Positions 14,812-22,687 of a stretch of DNA of 32,000 nucleotides are shown here, piece after piece (position 1 is the stretch's first letter; every line of letters starts with the position of its first letter). The stretch is taken from NCBI GenBank assembly GCA_043808785.1, contig JAZDEL010000002.1:237611-269610 (forward strand). The letters are read 5' to 3'. The stretch comes from Candidatus Iainarchaeum sp. (lineage in GTDB: Archaea > Iainarchaeota > Iainarchaeia > Iainarchaeales > JAZDEL01). The translations under genes were made by a program, and so were the position numbers. The notes under the pieces were generated by a model that was given only the letters and a program-made list of their open reading frames with translations, searched no databases and was not told the origin of the DNA.

Positions 14812-16074
14812 ATGGTTAAAATCAGGTTTCTTGGCGGCTCCTCCGAGGTCGGAAGGAGCGCATTTCTCGTTGATTCCGGGGATAAAATCCTCATGGATTA
14901 CGGGGTCAAACTGAGTACCGGGGAGACCGAATACCCGCTGCCTGTTGAAACCAACCTCAATGCAGCGATAATTTCCCATGCGCACCTTGACCACTCGGGA
15001 AACCTGCCGCACCTTTTCCAGCGCGCGAACGCAATGACATACATGACCCCCCCTACCCTGGACATTGCCAAAATGCTCTGGTTCGACAGCCTGAAGATTG
15101 CGGGCCTTGAGGGAATGGATGCGCAGTTCTCGCGCGAGGAAATCGCGAAGACGGAGAAATACACCTTCCCGATAGATTACGGGAAGCGGATGATTATAAG
15201 CGAAACTTCGGAGATGGAATTTTTTGATGCCGGGCACATTTTGGGCTCCGCAATAACCAAGCTCTGGCTCAAGGATAAAACACTTATTTACACAGGGGAT
15301 TTCAAGGCGGAGGAAACAAGGCTGCACACCGGTGCGGACATGAAACTCGGCAAGTGCGACTGCCTGATGATTGAAAGCACTTACGGAAACAGGAACCACC
15401 CGCCAAGAAAGGAGAGCGAGAAGCTGTTTGTGGAAGCGGTGCAGGACACCATAGATGCGGGAGGGCACGCGCTGATTGCCGCGTTTGCAGTGGGGCGTTC
15501 CCAGGAAGTTGTGGATATCCTTGGCGAATACAAGATAAACGCCGACATTTACCTTGACGGAATGTGCCAGAAGGCGTCGCGCATTTACATGGACTGGCCG
15601 AAATACCAGAAAAACCCCGCGTTCCTGAAAAAGGCGCTCATGAACGTGCGCTGGGTAAGGAACATGGGCATGCGCAGGAAAGCCCTCGCAAAGCCGAGCG
15701 TTATTGTCTGCACATCAGGGATGCTGCAGGGCGGTCCCGTGCACGCATACCTGCCCGAACTTTACAAGGACAAGAATTCAAGGCTTATGCTTACCGGCTA
15801 CCAGGTAAAGGGAACGCCCGGAAGAATCCTGCTCGAGACAGGGAAGATAAACCTCGACGGCATAACCGTGGAGCCGAAGATGCATGTTGAGCGCTATGAC
15901 TTCTCAGCGCACGCGTCGCACGATGAATTGATGCGCGAGATAGAAAGGCTGAGCCCGAAGAAAGTGATATGCGTGCACGGCGATACCGAAGTGATGCAGG
16001 AGTTCGCGCAGGAGATAAGGGGCAAGGGGATTGAGGCGTTCACCCCTAAGGTTGGGGACGAGCTGGATATTTGA
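14812..16074 (+). CDS. beta-CASP / metallo-beta-lactamase-fold ribonuclease (aCPSF2-like size)
   Basis: MBL motif ISHAHLDHSGNLP, then the later D/H motifs (TGDFK, ESTYG, FSAHASHDEL, CVHGD). I set the start at ATG 14812 (MVKIRFLGG). Confidence 0.85.
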   Translation: MVKIRFLGGSSEVGRSAFLVDSGDKILMDYGVKLSTGETEYPLPVETNLNAAIISHAHLDHSGNLPHLFQRANAMTYMTPPTLDIAKMLWFDSLKIAGLEGMDAQFSREEIAKTEKYTFPIDYGKRMIISETSEMEFFDAGHILGSAITKLWLKDKTLIYTGDFKAEETRLHTGADMKLGKCDCLMIESTYGNRNHPPRKESEKLFVEAVQDTIDAGGHALIAAFAVGRSQEVVDILGEYKINADIYLDGMCQKASRIYMDWPKYQKNPAFLKKALMNVRWVRNMGMRRKALAKPSVIVCTSGMLQGGPVHAYLPELYKDKNSRLMLTGYQVKGTPGRILLETGKINLDGITVEPKMHVERYDFSAHASHDELMREIERLSPKKVICVHGDTEVMQEFAQEIRGKGIEAFTPKVGDELDI

Positions 16075-16104
16075 ATTTTTTCCGCAAAAATCAGGGAGAA
16101 AGTT

Positions 16105-16143
16105 ATGAACCGTTTCTGCCACGGTTGCGGCAGTGGTGAGTGA
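16105..16143 (+). promoter_or_regulatory. 12-codon upstream ORF (MNRFCHGCGSGE) mimicking the N-terminus of the downstream NMD3-like gene
   Basis: ATG at 16105 is preceded by GGGAGAAAG. The TGA at 16141-16143 is 4 nt before the main ATG at 16148. The peptide shares MNRFC..CG with the main ORF. Confidence 0.45.
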
Positions 16144-16147
16144 GCGC

Positions 16148-16858
16148 ATGAACAGGTTCTGCCCGAGGTGCGGAAAGGAAGGCACGCCCGAAAATTTCGT
16201 GCGCGGGTTCTGCAGCGCCTGCTACTCAATGGAGCACGCGATTGTTTCAGTGCCGCGCGTTATTCCTGTCGAGCACTGCAAGCGCTGCGGAAAGGTCAGG
16301 CTGCACGGCAGCTGGGAGGAGCAGGAGGAGGAAGCGCTGCGCGCACTTGCAGCTGCAAGCGTGAAGTCAAAGGACCTTTCGGAGCCGAGGATAGGGGTTG
16401 AGCTGGAGCCCTCCGAGCAAGGGGCGACTGTTGCCCGTGTTTCCATTTCAGGAAAAATCGACGGTTCCGATGTAAATGTCGAAAAGGAAATCCTGCTCAG
16501 GCCGCAGGGCGCGCTCTGCGACGCGTGCATGAAGCTTGCCTCCGATTATTATGAGGCCACTATACAGCTGCGTTTCGAGGGCAGGCCGCTGCAGGCGGAG
16601 ATAAAGGAAAGGCTGCAGGAGCTTGAGGATGCGCTGCGCCCGATACTTAGGGAGGACGCGCTCGCGGTTGTTGTTGCGGTGAAGAAAGTACAGCGCGGGA
16701 TTGACGTGCTCATAGGGAGCAAGCGCGCTGCAAAGCTCGCCGCGGAGGCGCTTGCGAAAAAGACGGGGGGAAAGGCAAAGCGCTCATACAGCCTTGTGGG
16801 AGTGGACAAGAGCGGCAAGCCGAAAACAAGGCAGACTTATTGCGTAAGGTTCGGCTGA
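16148..16858 (+). CDS. NMD3-family protein (archaeal homolog of 60S export adaptor)
   Basis: N-terminal double CxxC clusters MNRFCPRCG...GFCSACY...HCKRCGK...LCDACM in an NMD3-like arrangement. About 236 aa. Confidence 0.6.
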   Translation: MNRFCPRCGKEGTPENFVRGFCSACYSMEHAIVSVPRVIPVEHCKRCGKVRLHGSWEEQEEEALRALAAASVKSKDLSEPRIGVELEPSEQGATVARVSISGKIDGSDVNVEKEILLRPQGALCDACMKLASDYYEATIQLRFEGRPLQAEIKERLQELEDALRPILREDALAVVVAVKKVQRGIDVLIGSKRAAKLAAEALAKKTGGKAKRSYSLVGVDKSGKPKTRQTYCVRFG

Positions 16859-16904
16859 GAAAAAGCGATTCCGGGAAAAAACAATTAGCGGGAAAAAGCG
16901 AAAT

Positions 16905-17606
16905 TCAGCTTTCGAGCGATTTCAGTGCGGCAATTATTTCCTCAATCGGCTTTGTTGTTGTGAGCAGAGGTATTTTTTCCGCTTCGGCGATTTTTACCGC
17001 AACAGGGTCCACCTTGTCTATTCCGTGCAGCACGACAATGCTCGGCCTCATGTCCGTGGAGAACCTGCCGACCTTAACGGCAATCATCGGCGAGCGCCCC
17101 GATTCCACCTGCTGGAAAATAAGCGCGCGCTCGGGCGTCTTGCCGTACATCGTCATGTACTCGTGCACGGGCACGTCAAGGATAACCTTGAGTGAATCTA
17201 TTATGGTGTAGCCGTAAACCCTGATGTCCTTGAGTTTTGCCGGGTTTGCGACAATTGTCGCGTCTATCTTCTCCGCGAACTTCCTGCCCTCGATTGCCGA
17301 GCCGAATTCGTGCACATCGAACACTTCCTCCTTGGGCGTAAAGTCCTTTTCCAGCTGCTTCCTGATCTTGCTGCCCCTGCTCTTGTCTATTTCAACAAGC
17401 GAGAAAACAAGCCTCTTTATCACGCCTATGCCCGGGCTCTGCCTTCTCCCGCCCTCATAATCGGAAATGGTCGAGGAGGAAACCTTGAGGTATTTCGCAA
17501 GCTCGGTCTGCGAGACGCCGAAAATCTCGCGCCATTTCTTCATGCTCTGCCCCGGGCTTTTCGAAAGGGTTATCTCGCCCGCAATCGTTGTCTCAAGCTG
17601 GTCCAT
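16905..17606 (-). CDS. XRE-type HTH transcriptional regulator with a conserved archaeal C-terminal domain (COG1395-like)
   Basis: HTH_3 pattern MKKWREIFGVSQTELAKYLKVSSSTISDYEGGRR. The tracked start 17609 is TTG. The ATG is at 17606. Confidence 0.7.
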   Translation of the reverse strand: MDQLETTIAGEITLSKSPGQSMKKWREIFGVSQTELAKYLKVSSSTISDYEGGRRQSPGIGVIKRLVFSLVEIDKSRGSKIRKQLEKDFTPKEEVFDVHEFGSAIEGRKFAEKIDATIVANPAKLKDIRVYGYTIIDSLKVILDVPVHEYMTMYGKTPERALIFQQVESGRSPMIAVKVGRFSTDMRPSIVVLHGIDKVDPVAVKIAEAEKIPLLTTTKPIEEIIAALKSLES

Positions 17607-17777
17607 CAAAAATCCCCTGCAGTTTGCTTATACCCTATAATAGCGCGTTCCTGCTTTAAAATGTTTTCGGCAATAGGCGAAGTTACCATTCGGCAACAGA
17701 AACAGCGGCTGCTTGATTTTCGCGAAGCGAAAATCCTTTTTTGGGCAACCTGCCCTTTTTTATAAAAAAAGGGCGGA

Positions 17778-17866
17778 CGGACGGGGAGGGATTTGAACCC
17801 TCGACCTTCTGCTTTCCCCATGGAATGTAGGAGGCAGATGCCCTATCCAGGCTAGGCTACCCGTCC
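17778..17866 (-). tRNA. tRNA-Arg (anticodon CCU) with 14-nt intron after position 37
   Basis: Acceptor GGACGGG/CCCGTCC. D stem GCCT/GGGC. Anticodon stem TCTGC/GCAGA enclosing CUCCUA + CATTCCATGGGGAA + A. T arm GAGGG-TTCAAAT-CCCTC. Discriminator G. TATA-like TTTTAAATTATTTT lies about 30 nt upstream on the minus strand. Confidence 0.85.
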
Positions 17867-17950
17867 ATGCTACGGAACAGTTGCTGAAAATAATTTAAAA
17901 TAGGTTGATTTAAAAGGGGGTGTTTTAACCCCTCGCCCCACAGCCATGGT

Positions 17951-18694
17951 TCAGGAACGCCCTTTCCTGATGAGTTCCAGCGAAGCCCTGAGGTTATTGG
18001 AATTGCTGAAAACCCTGCTCAAGGCGCGCAGTTTTGGGGTTTTGGCCTTGCCGAGGAGTTTTGCCTCCCTTGCAAGCAGCGGCAAAGCGCGGCACACATT
18101 GTCCACAATTGTTATGTGCGCCTTTTTTGCAGTGCGCGAGAGCGGGTTCAAATCCACTGCAATAACCCGCTTGCCAATGGCGCGCAATGCTTCCGTGCGG
18201 TCCCCGTCCTCGAGCATTACAAGCACCGTGTCGGCAAGCGCAATCCCGCGCTTATCAACAACCCTGCGCGCGGAATCCAAACCCGCGATTTTTGTTTGGT
18301 TTTTCTTGTCCGCGCCGAGAATTTTCTCCCCCATGCCGGCAAACAGGCGCGCTATCTTTTCTTCCCTCCCCCTTGTGCGGTAGAAAAGGTTCACTTCAAT
18401 TGCCGAGTTTGGCAGCGCCTTCCTGAGCGCGATTATTTCACGGGCGCAGAGCGCTGCGCAGTTTCCGTTAACTGAAATTATCGGGCGTTCCGCAAGCAGC
18501 AGTTCCGCTGCTGCTGCACGTATTGCCCGCTTCGCAACTCCGCTTGTTTTCTCCCCTAACAAATAATCCAGCGCCTCCCCTCTCCCATGGGCAATCAGGC
18601 CTGCGGGGGCAACAATGCCCTTGCGCATGCCCTCCTCTATTGCATGGCGCTGCATGAGGGAGAGGTAGCGTGGATGCGATTTGGGTATTTTCAC
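17951..18694 (-). CDS. 4-phosphopantoate--beta-alanine ligase (archaeal phosphopantothenate synthetase, PPS)
   Basis: IPKSHPRYLSL, AHGRGEALDYLLGE, ISVNGN, EVNLFYRT, LEDGDRTEAL and DLNPLSRTA blocks. I place the start at GTG 18694-18692, which overlaps the upstream TGA (GTGA). Confidence 0.85.
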   Translation of the reverse strand: MKIPKSHPRYLSLMQRHAIEEGMRKGIVAPAGLIAHGRGEALDYLLGEKTSGVAKRAIRAAAAELLLAERPIISVNGNCAALCAREIIALRKALPNSAIEVNLFYRTRGREEKIARLFAGMGEKILGADKKNQTKIAGLDSARRVVDKRGIALADTVLVMLEDGDRTEALRAIGKRVIAVDLNPLSRTAKKAHITIVDNVCRALPLLAREAKLLGKAKTPKLRALSRVFSNSNNLRASLELIRKGRS

Positions 18695-19587
18695 GCCCGT
18701 AATGTGTAAGCCCCCCTTTTCGCTATCCTGCTTATGAAAACCCTGCGCGTGAATTTTTTCATTTTTTTTGCAGCCTCGCGCGGGCTGTTCGTAAGCACAA
18801 AAGCCGTTTCCCCAAGCATTGCCTGCGAAGCCTGCGGCATCTCCGCCATCACCGCGCGCAGGCGCGGCGTTGCGAGGCCTGTCTCGAGCGAGAACGCCCT
18901 TGCGCAGTGCACCATTGCGCGCTCCGACTTTTCCCCATCCATCCTGCTCATGCACCACGAACCCGCCTTGTTTATTTTCGATTTCCACGTGCCGCTCCTG
19001 ATTACGCCCTTTGTTTTTATTGGCGCGAAAAAACCAACCACGGCAAACCCGTGGTTTGTTTTTATTTTTTTCACGGTACGCGACGGGTAAGGCTTATTCC
19101 CGAGCATCACGCCCGCGTGCATCTCCGCGACAACATCCCCGAGGCCTGTGCCGCATTCAATCTCCGCGCGCTTGGCAATCTGCATGCACAAATTCCTGGA
19201 CAAGTTTGTGCCGAGCGCGCTGTTAAGGGCGAGCGCAAGCGAAAGCGCCCCCGCGCCGCTCACCCCCAAACCGTAGCCGATTGGGAGTTTTGTTTTGTGC
19301 AGCGCCGAAATTGCCCACTTGCCCTTCGCCCGCTTCAGAAATTCCCTAACAACCGCGCGCGATGTCGGCGCGGGAACGGATTTCCCGTTTATTTTTATTT
19401 TTACCTTTCCCTTCGCATTAACCGATTTTGCCTGCACGTTTGTTACAACGCCCTCCTCAAGGTTGACGCCCGCTCCCGTGGAGCCGTGCGGATATATTTT
19501 GAAGAACGCGGTTATGTGCGAGGGGGAGTAGGCGGAAGCGGTTTTGGCGCGGGCTTTCCCTGCGCCCTTTCGTGCGGGCAAAGCCAT
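18691..19587 (-). CDS. pantoate kinase (GHMP kinase family, archaeal CoA pathway)
   Basis: PSHITAFF N-terminal block. GHMP motif LPIGYGLGVSGAGALSLALALNSALG. The gene is adjacent to and coupled with PPS. I chose the ATG at 19587, just after the flpA stop. Confidence 0.75.
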   Translation of the reverse strand: MALPARKGAGKARAKTASAYSPSHITAFFKIYPHGSTGAGVNLEEGVVTNVQAKSVNAKGKVKIKINGKSVPAPTSRAVVREFLKRAKGKWAISALHKTKLPIGYGLGVSGAGALSLALALNSALGTNLSRNLCMQIAKRAEIECGTGLGDVVAEMHAGVMLGNKPYPSRTVKKIKTNHGFAVVGFFAPIKTKGVIRSGTWKSKINKAGSWCMSRMDGEKSERAMVHCARAFSLETGLATPRLRAVMAEMPQASQAMLGETAFVLTNSPREAAKKMKKFTRRVFISRIAKRGAYTLRA

Positions 19588-19600
19588 TTTTGCCTTCCCC

Positions 19601-20281
19601 CTACTTCCTCCTGCAGAAAACCATCTCGTGGAACTTATCATATGGCGCGAGGCTTACGCGCTGCAGGATGCCGAACTCCTTCTTCAGTTTCTCGGTTTCG
19701 CCGTCGAAAATTTTCCTCGCGCTGCCCGCGGAACTTATCGAGCGCGCCTTTATTGCAAGCATCCCCATTCCCCCCGCCTTTAGGTACTGCCTCGCGTTCC
19801 TCAGGAATATCTCCGCCTGGTTGCGCTGCGAGATGTCCTGGTAAAGCAGGTCCGCCTTGAACGCGCCCAGTTCATCCTTGTAGGAAAGCGGCTGTGCCGC
19901 GTCCCCCATTATCGGCAGCAAATTCTGCCTCTTCTCGCAGAGGAACAGGAACCTGCGCATAGTCCTTGCGGAAATGTCTATGCCCACAACAATCCCCTTC
20001 TCCCCAACGATATCGGAAATATGCGAAACCGTGGTCCCCTCCGCGGCGCCGAGGTAAAGCACATGCATTCCAGCGTGTATTTCAAATTTCTCCAGGCCGT
20101 TTTTTATCGCCGCGGCAAGCTTGCTCCTCTCGGGGCTCCACACCCTGTACTCGGTGCCGTTAAAATTCACAAGCTGTTCGCCGTAAACTTTCTGCCCGGG
20201 CACGAGGTTTTTCGTGAGAAGCAGTTTCCCCAGGGCATAAATGCCGGGAAATTTCTCCGCAAGGTTATCGCTTTCTGCCAT
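19601..20281 (-). CDS. flpA: fibrillarin-like rRNA/tRNA 2'-O-methyltransferase
   Basis: YRVWSPERSKLAAAI, VLYLGAAEGTTVSHISDIVG, IVVGIDISAR. 226 aa from ATG 20281. The tracked start 20308 is GTG. Confidence 0.9.
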   Translation of the reverse strand: MAESDNLAEKFPGIYALGKLLLTKNLVPGQKVYGEQLVNFNGTEYRVWSPERSKLAAAIKNGLEKFEIHAGMHVLYLGAAEGTTVSHISDIVGEKGIVVGIDISARTMRRFLFLCEKRQNLLPIMGDAAQPLSYKDELGAFKADLLYQDISQRNQAEIFLRNARQYLKAGGMGMLAIKARSISSAGSARKIFDGETEKLKKEFGILQRVSLAPYDKFHEMVFCRRK

Positions 20282-20307
20282 AAAACCGCCTTCCCACAAC
20301 AATGCCA

Positions 20308-20544
20308 CTACACCATTATCGGTTCGCCCTGCCTGTTATAATGCCTTGTTATCCCGAAATACCACTGCACCTCAAGGATTTTTTCCCCATTTTTTGGGCC
20401 GTCAATTGTCCTGCACATTCCTTCCCTGCCGGCAAAGGTTCCCTTGTGGTATTCCGTCTTGTCCCACAGTTTGGCAACCTCCCTCCTGCTCAGCAGGTTC
20501 AGCGATATTCTAAGGCGGCGCAGTATTTCCCCTGTCTTTGGCAT
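20308..20544 (-). CDS. hypothetical small protein (78 aa) between nop5 and flpA
   Basis: This is the part of ORF 20308..20760 downstream of the nop5 stop. ATG at 20544 is preceded by GGAGGAAAGGTCGGCGGGAGGCAG. Sequence: MPKTGEILRRLRISLNLLSRREVAKLWDKTEYHKG... No family recognised. Confidence 0.35.
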   Translation of the reverse strand: MPKTGEILRRLRISLNLLSRREVAKLWDKTEYHKGTFAGREGMCRTIDGPKNGEKILEVQWYFGITRHYNRQGEPIMV

Positions 20545-20686
20545 CTGCCTCCCGCCGACCTTTCCTCCTGTTTCGGCGTCAAGCAGGGCGCTTCCGCCAA
20601 TGAGGTGCTTCTGCAGGATGTTGCGCTTGCTTACCCTTTCTTTTTCCCCGTGGGGCTTTTCCTTCTTGTATATGGTTCCGAAGATG

Positions 20687-22048
20687 TTAGTGTAATCTCC
20701 GCCCTTTTTCTCCCTCTTTCTTATGCAATACTTTCTTATCGGGTGTGCCGTGCCTCTCACCCCCGCTATGAGGTTTTCCCTGCCCGCCGAATCCGCGCTG
20801 TGCGGAGTGCCCGCCGCGCATTGCTATTCCGCCGTGCCTTCCCCTTGCATAGCCGCCTGCTCCGTGCCCTGCGCCCCTGTTCTGTTCGCCGAATTCGCGC
20901 GGCGCTGTGTGCCCCTCAGGCTTGCCCCCCCTTTCCTGCCCGCCGAATCCGCGAGGTGCCGCAGAACCATCAGGCCTTTTGTTCCTGCCCCGCCAGCCAA
21001 AGCCCCCTTGCCTCGGGCGCCCGTAATTTCCGCCCCCCCTGTGCTGCCCGCGCGGTTCATATCGTGTTGGCTTCCCTTTCCGGCCCGTGCCTCCGCGCCC
21101 CTCTATTCTCGGGCGCGGCCGCCAGCCCCCGCCATCGTCCCTTCCCCTGCTTTCGTTGCCGCCTTCCTGCTCGGGCAGCATTTCCTTTCCTCCCGCAATT
21201 CCCTGCGCACGGTACGCGCGCCTCTTCGGCTTGCGTGAATCAAGCTCCTTTGCCCTGTCCTCAAGGCCCTTCTCCGTCTCTTTCAACTGGGGAGATTCAT
21301 TCTTAATGAAATAATCCCTGCGCGCGGCAATAGCAAGCTTTCCCGAAAGCGTGCGCGCCATCTTCCCCTTGTTCCAGGGCTTTGCTGCCTTGAGCATGGG
21401 GTGCGCGTAAAGCAGCCCGTACTTAGGGCCGCGGGCGCCCTTGTGCAGGTGCATGAACAGCGCCTTCTCAGCGCCGAGGACCTGGATTGTCGAGGCAGGC
21501 ATGAGGGCAAGTTTTTTCATGCTCCCCGCTTTTGAAAGCAGCCTTGCGCCGAGAACCCCGCCCGCAAGCGCCGAAAAGTTCGGCATCTCCTTTGACATCG
21601 CGCTCTCGACATAGCGGTCGAGGCACTTCCTTTCCTCGCGGATGTTAAGCGCGTTCAGCGCAAGCAATTTTATTTCATCAAGGTCAAGCTTATCTATATC
21701 CGAACCAATTGATGCCTTGGCTTTTTCCGCTACCTGCCTCACGCCCTCTTCATTATCGTAAAACTCGCCTATCTTCTTGTGCCCCACGCTCCCGAACTCG
21801 AACCTCCCCCCTATCTCATAAATCAGGCGCAAATAACGCTCATTATCCTTCACAATTTCGGCAAGTTCGGGAAAGTGGAAGGAGTACCATTCCCTTATCT
21901 GCTCGGCAAGAAGATTGAATGTTGAATCAAGGTCATCGAGCAAATTCACGGCCTTGATTATGTGCACGTCCCTTTTTGTATACTCCTCCCTGACCTGTTC
22001 CTTTGCCTTTTTGAGGAGTTTTTTCCTTAGCGCTTCGAGGCCGTCCAT
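20687..22048 (-). CDS. nop5: Nop5 (Nop56/58-like) C/D box sRNP protein, apparently N-terminally short, with a long RGG-rich C-terminal tail
   Basis: NOSIC/Nop blocks LLDDLDSTFNLLAEQIREWYSFHFPEL, LLSKAGSMKKLALMPASTIQVLGAEKALF, GPKYGLLYAHP and KMARTLSGKLAIAARRD. Residues ~272-453 (nt 20690-21235) are R/G-rich repeats. TATA TTTTTAAAAG (minus strand, 22071-22080) lies upstream. Confidence 0.85.
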   Translation of the reverse strand: MDGLEALRKKLLKKAKEQVREEYTKRDVHIIKAVNLLDDLDSTFNLLAEQIREWYSFHFPELAEIVKDNERYLRLIYEIGGRFEFGSVGHKKIGEFYDNEEGVRQVAEKAKASIGSDIDKLDLDEIKLLALNALNIREERKCLDRYVESAMSKEMPNFSALAGGVLGARLLSKAGSMKKLALMPASTIQVLGAEKALFMHLHKGARGPKYGLLYAHPMLKAAKPWNKGKMARTLSGKLAIAARRDYFIKNESPQLKETEKGLEDRAKELDSRKPKRRAYRAQGIAGGKEMLPEQEGGNESRGRDDGGGWRPRPRIEGRGGTGRKGKPTRYEPRGQHRGGGNYGRPRQGGFGWRGRNKRPDGSAAPRGFGGQERGGKPEGHTAPREFGEQNRGAGHGAGGYARGRHGGIAMRGGHSAQRGFGGQGKPHSGGERHGTPDKKVLHKKEGEKGRRLH

Positions 22049-22162
22049 AGGTTAATTAGAGGGGGGCATTCTTTTAAAAATGAATATAAGGCGCCAAACA
22101 AGCCAGAACCCAATCTCTATCAAAAACCCTGGGATGCGGGTTTGTGCCTGAAAGCTAGCTGA

Positions 22163-22522
22163 TTATTTTTTTGAATAATTACCATCCAGAATTCTCTCAA
22201 TAAGTGGCTCCTGAATGCCTTTCCTTAATTTTTTTACAGAATATTTGCCACCGCCCATATCGTTTACACCATACATAATCCAACGGGTGTTTAGATCAGC
22301 GTTTTCTTTGTGTGCAACTATTGTGTGTTTATATCCCTTAACACTATTCTTCGCCATTTGTATAGCCCAGCTGCGGAACGACCCCTGCGTTTTCCCGCTG
22401 TGTAGCATCCCATTGATAGCGCCGGACAGGGTTATCGGACCTTTAAAAAAGTTCTTCGCTGCATAGGCTTTAGTTCTGAGCCTCGCGCTAGTTCCTAACT
22501 TAAGTCTCTTTTTAAAAAACAT
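22163..22522 (-). CDS. hypothetical basic protein (119 aa) in a low-GC patch
   Basis: The ORF has an ATG at 22522 (the tracked 22543 start is GTG). It is lysine-rich. Sequence: MFFKKRLKLGTSARLRTKAYAAKNFF...KYSVKKLRKGIQEPLIERILDGNYSKK. No family recognised. Confidence 0.5.
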   Translation of the reverse strand: MFFKKRLKLGTSARLRTKAYAAKNFFKGPITLSGAINGMLHSGKTQGSFRSWAIQMAKNSVKGYKHTIVAHKENADLNTRWIMYGVNDMGGGKYSVKKLRKGIQEPLIERILDGNYSKK

Positions 22523-22657
22523 AAGATGCCTCCTCAATAGCACTATCTGCTTCCTGGTATTTAAATACTACCTATGCCTCCCGAAAACTTAACCCCCCGC
22601 AAAAAAACAAAAACGCGGGTTTTCGCGTTTTTGGGTTTTGTTTCTTTCCCAAAAACG

Positions 22658-22667
22658 CTTATAAACC
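22658..22667 (+). promoter_or_regulatory. TATA box of glyS
   Basis: CTTATAAACC lies 21-30 nt upstream of ATG 22688, and no SD is present. Confidence 0.45.
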
Positions 22668-22687
22668 TGTTCAGCCATATCATTTCC

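Noticed and set aside
14062-15468. 468-aa minus-strand ORF
   Set aside because: It is antisense to two plus-strand genes with clear family motifs (ACT protein, beta-CASP RNase). Its R/C/H/L-rich composition is typical of a shadow frame in GC-rich DNA.
17606-17821. 71-aa minus-strand ORF
   Set aside because: It overlaps the tRNA-Arg gene and its terminator region.
20302-21306. 334-aa plus-strand ORF
   Set aside because: It is antisense to the nop5 RGG tail and the small ORF. It is a P/A/R/S-rich low-complexity mirror of the GGN/CGN repeats.
22049-22162. Possible C/D box sRNA upstream of nop5 (ATGAATA ... CTGA)
   Set aside because: The C box has two mismatches to RUGAUGA, and I found no convincing C'/D' pair or terminal stem. 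The region is better explained as the nop5 promoter (TTTTTAAAAG).
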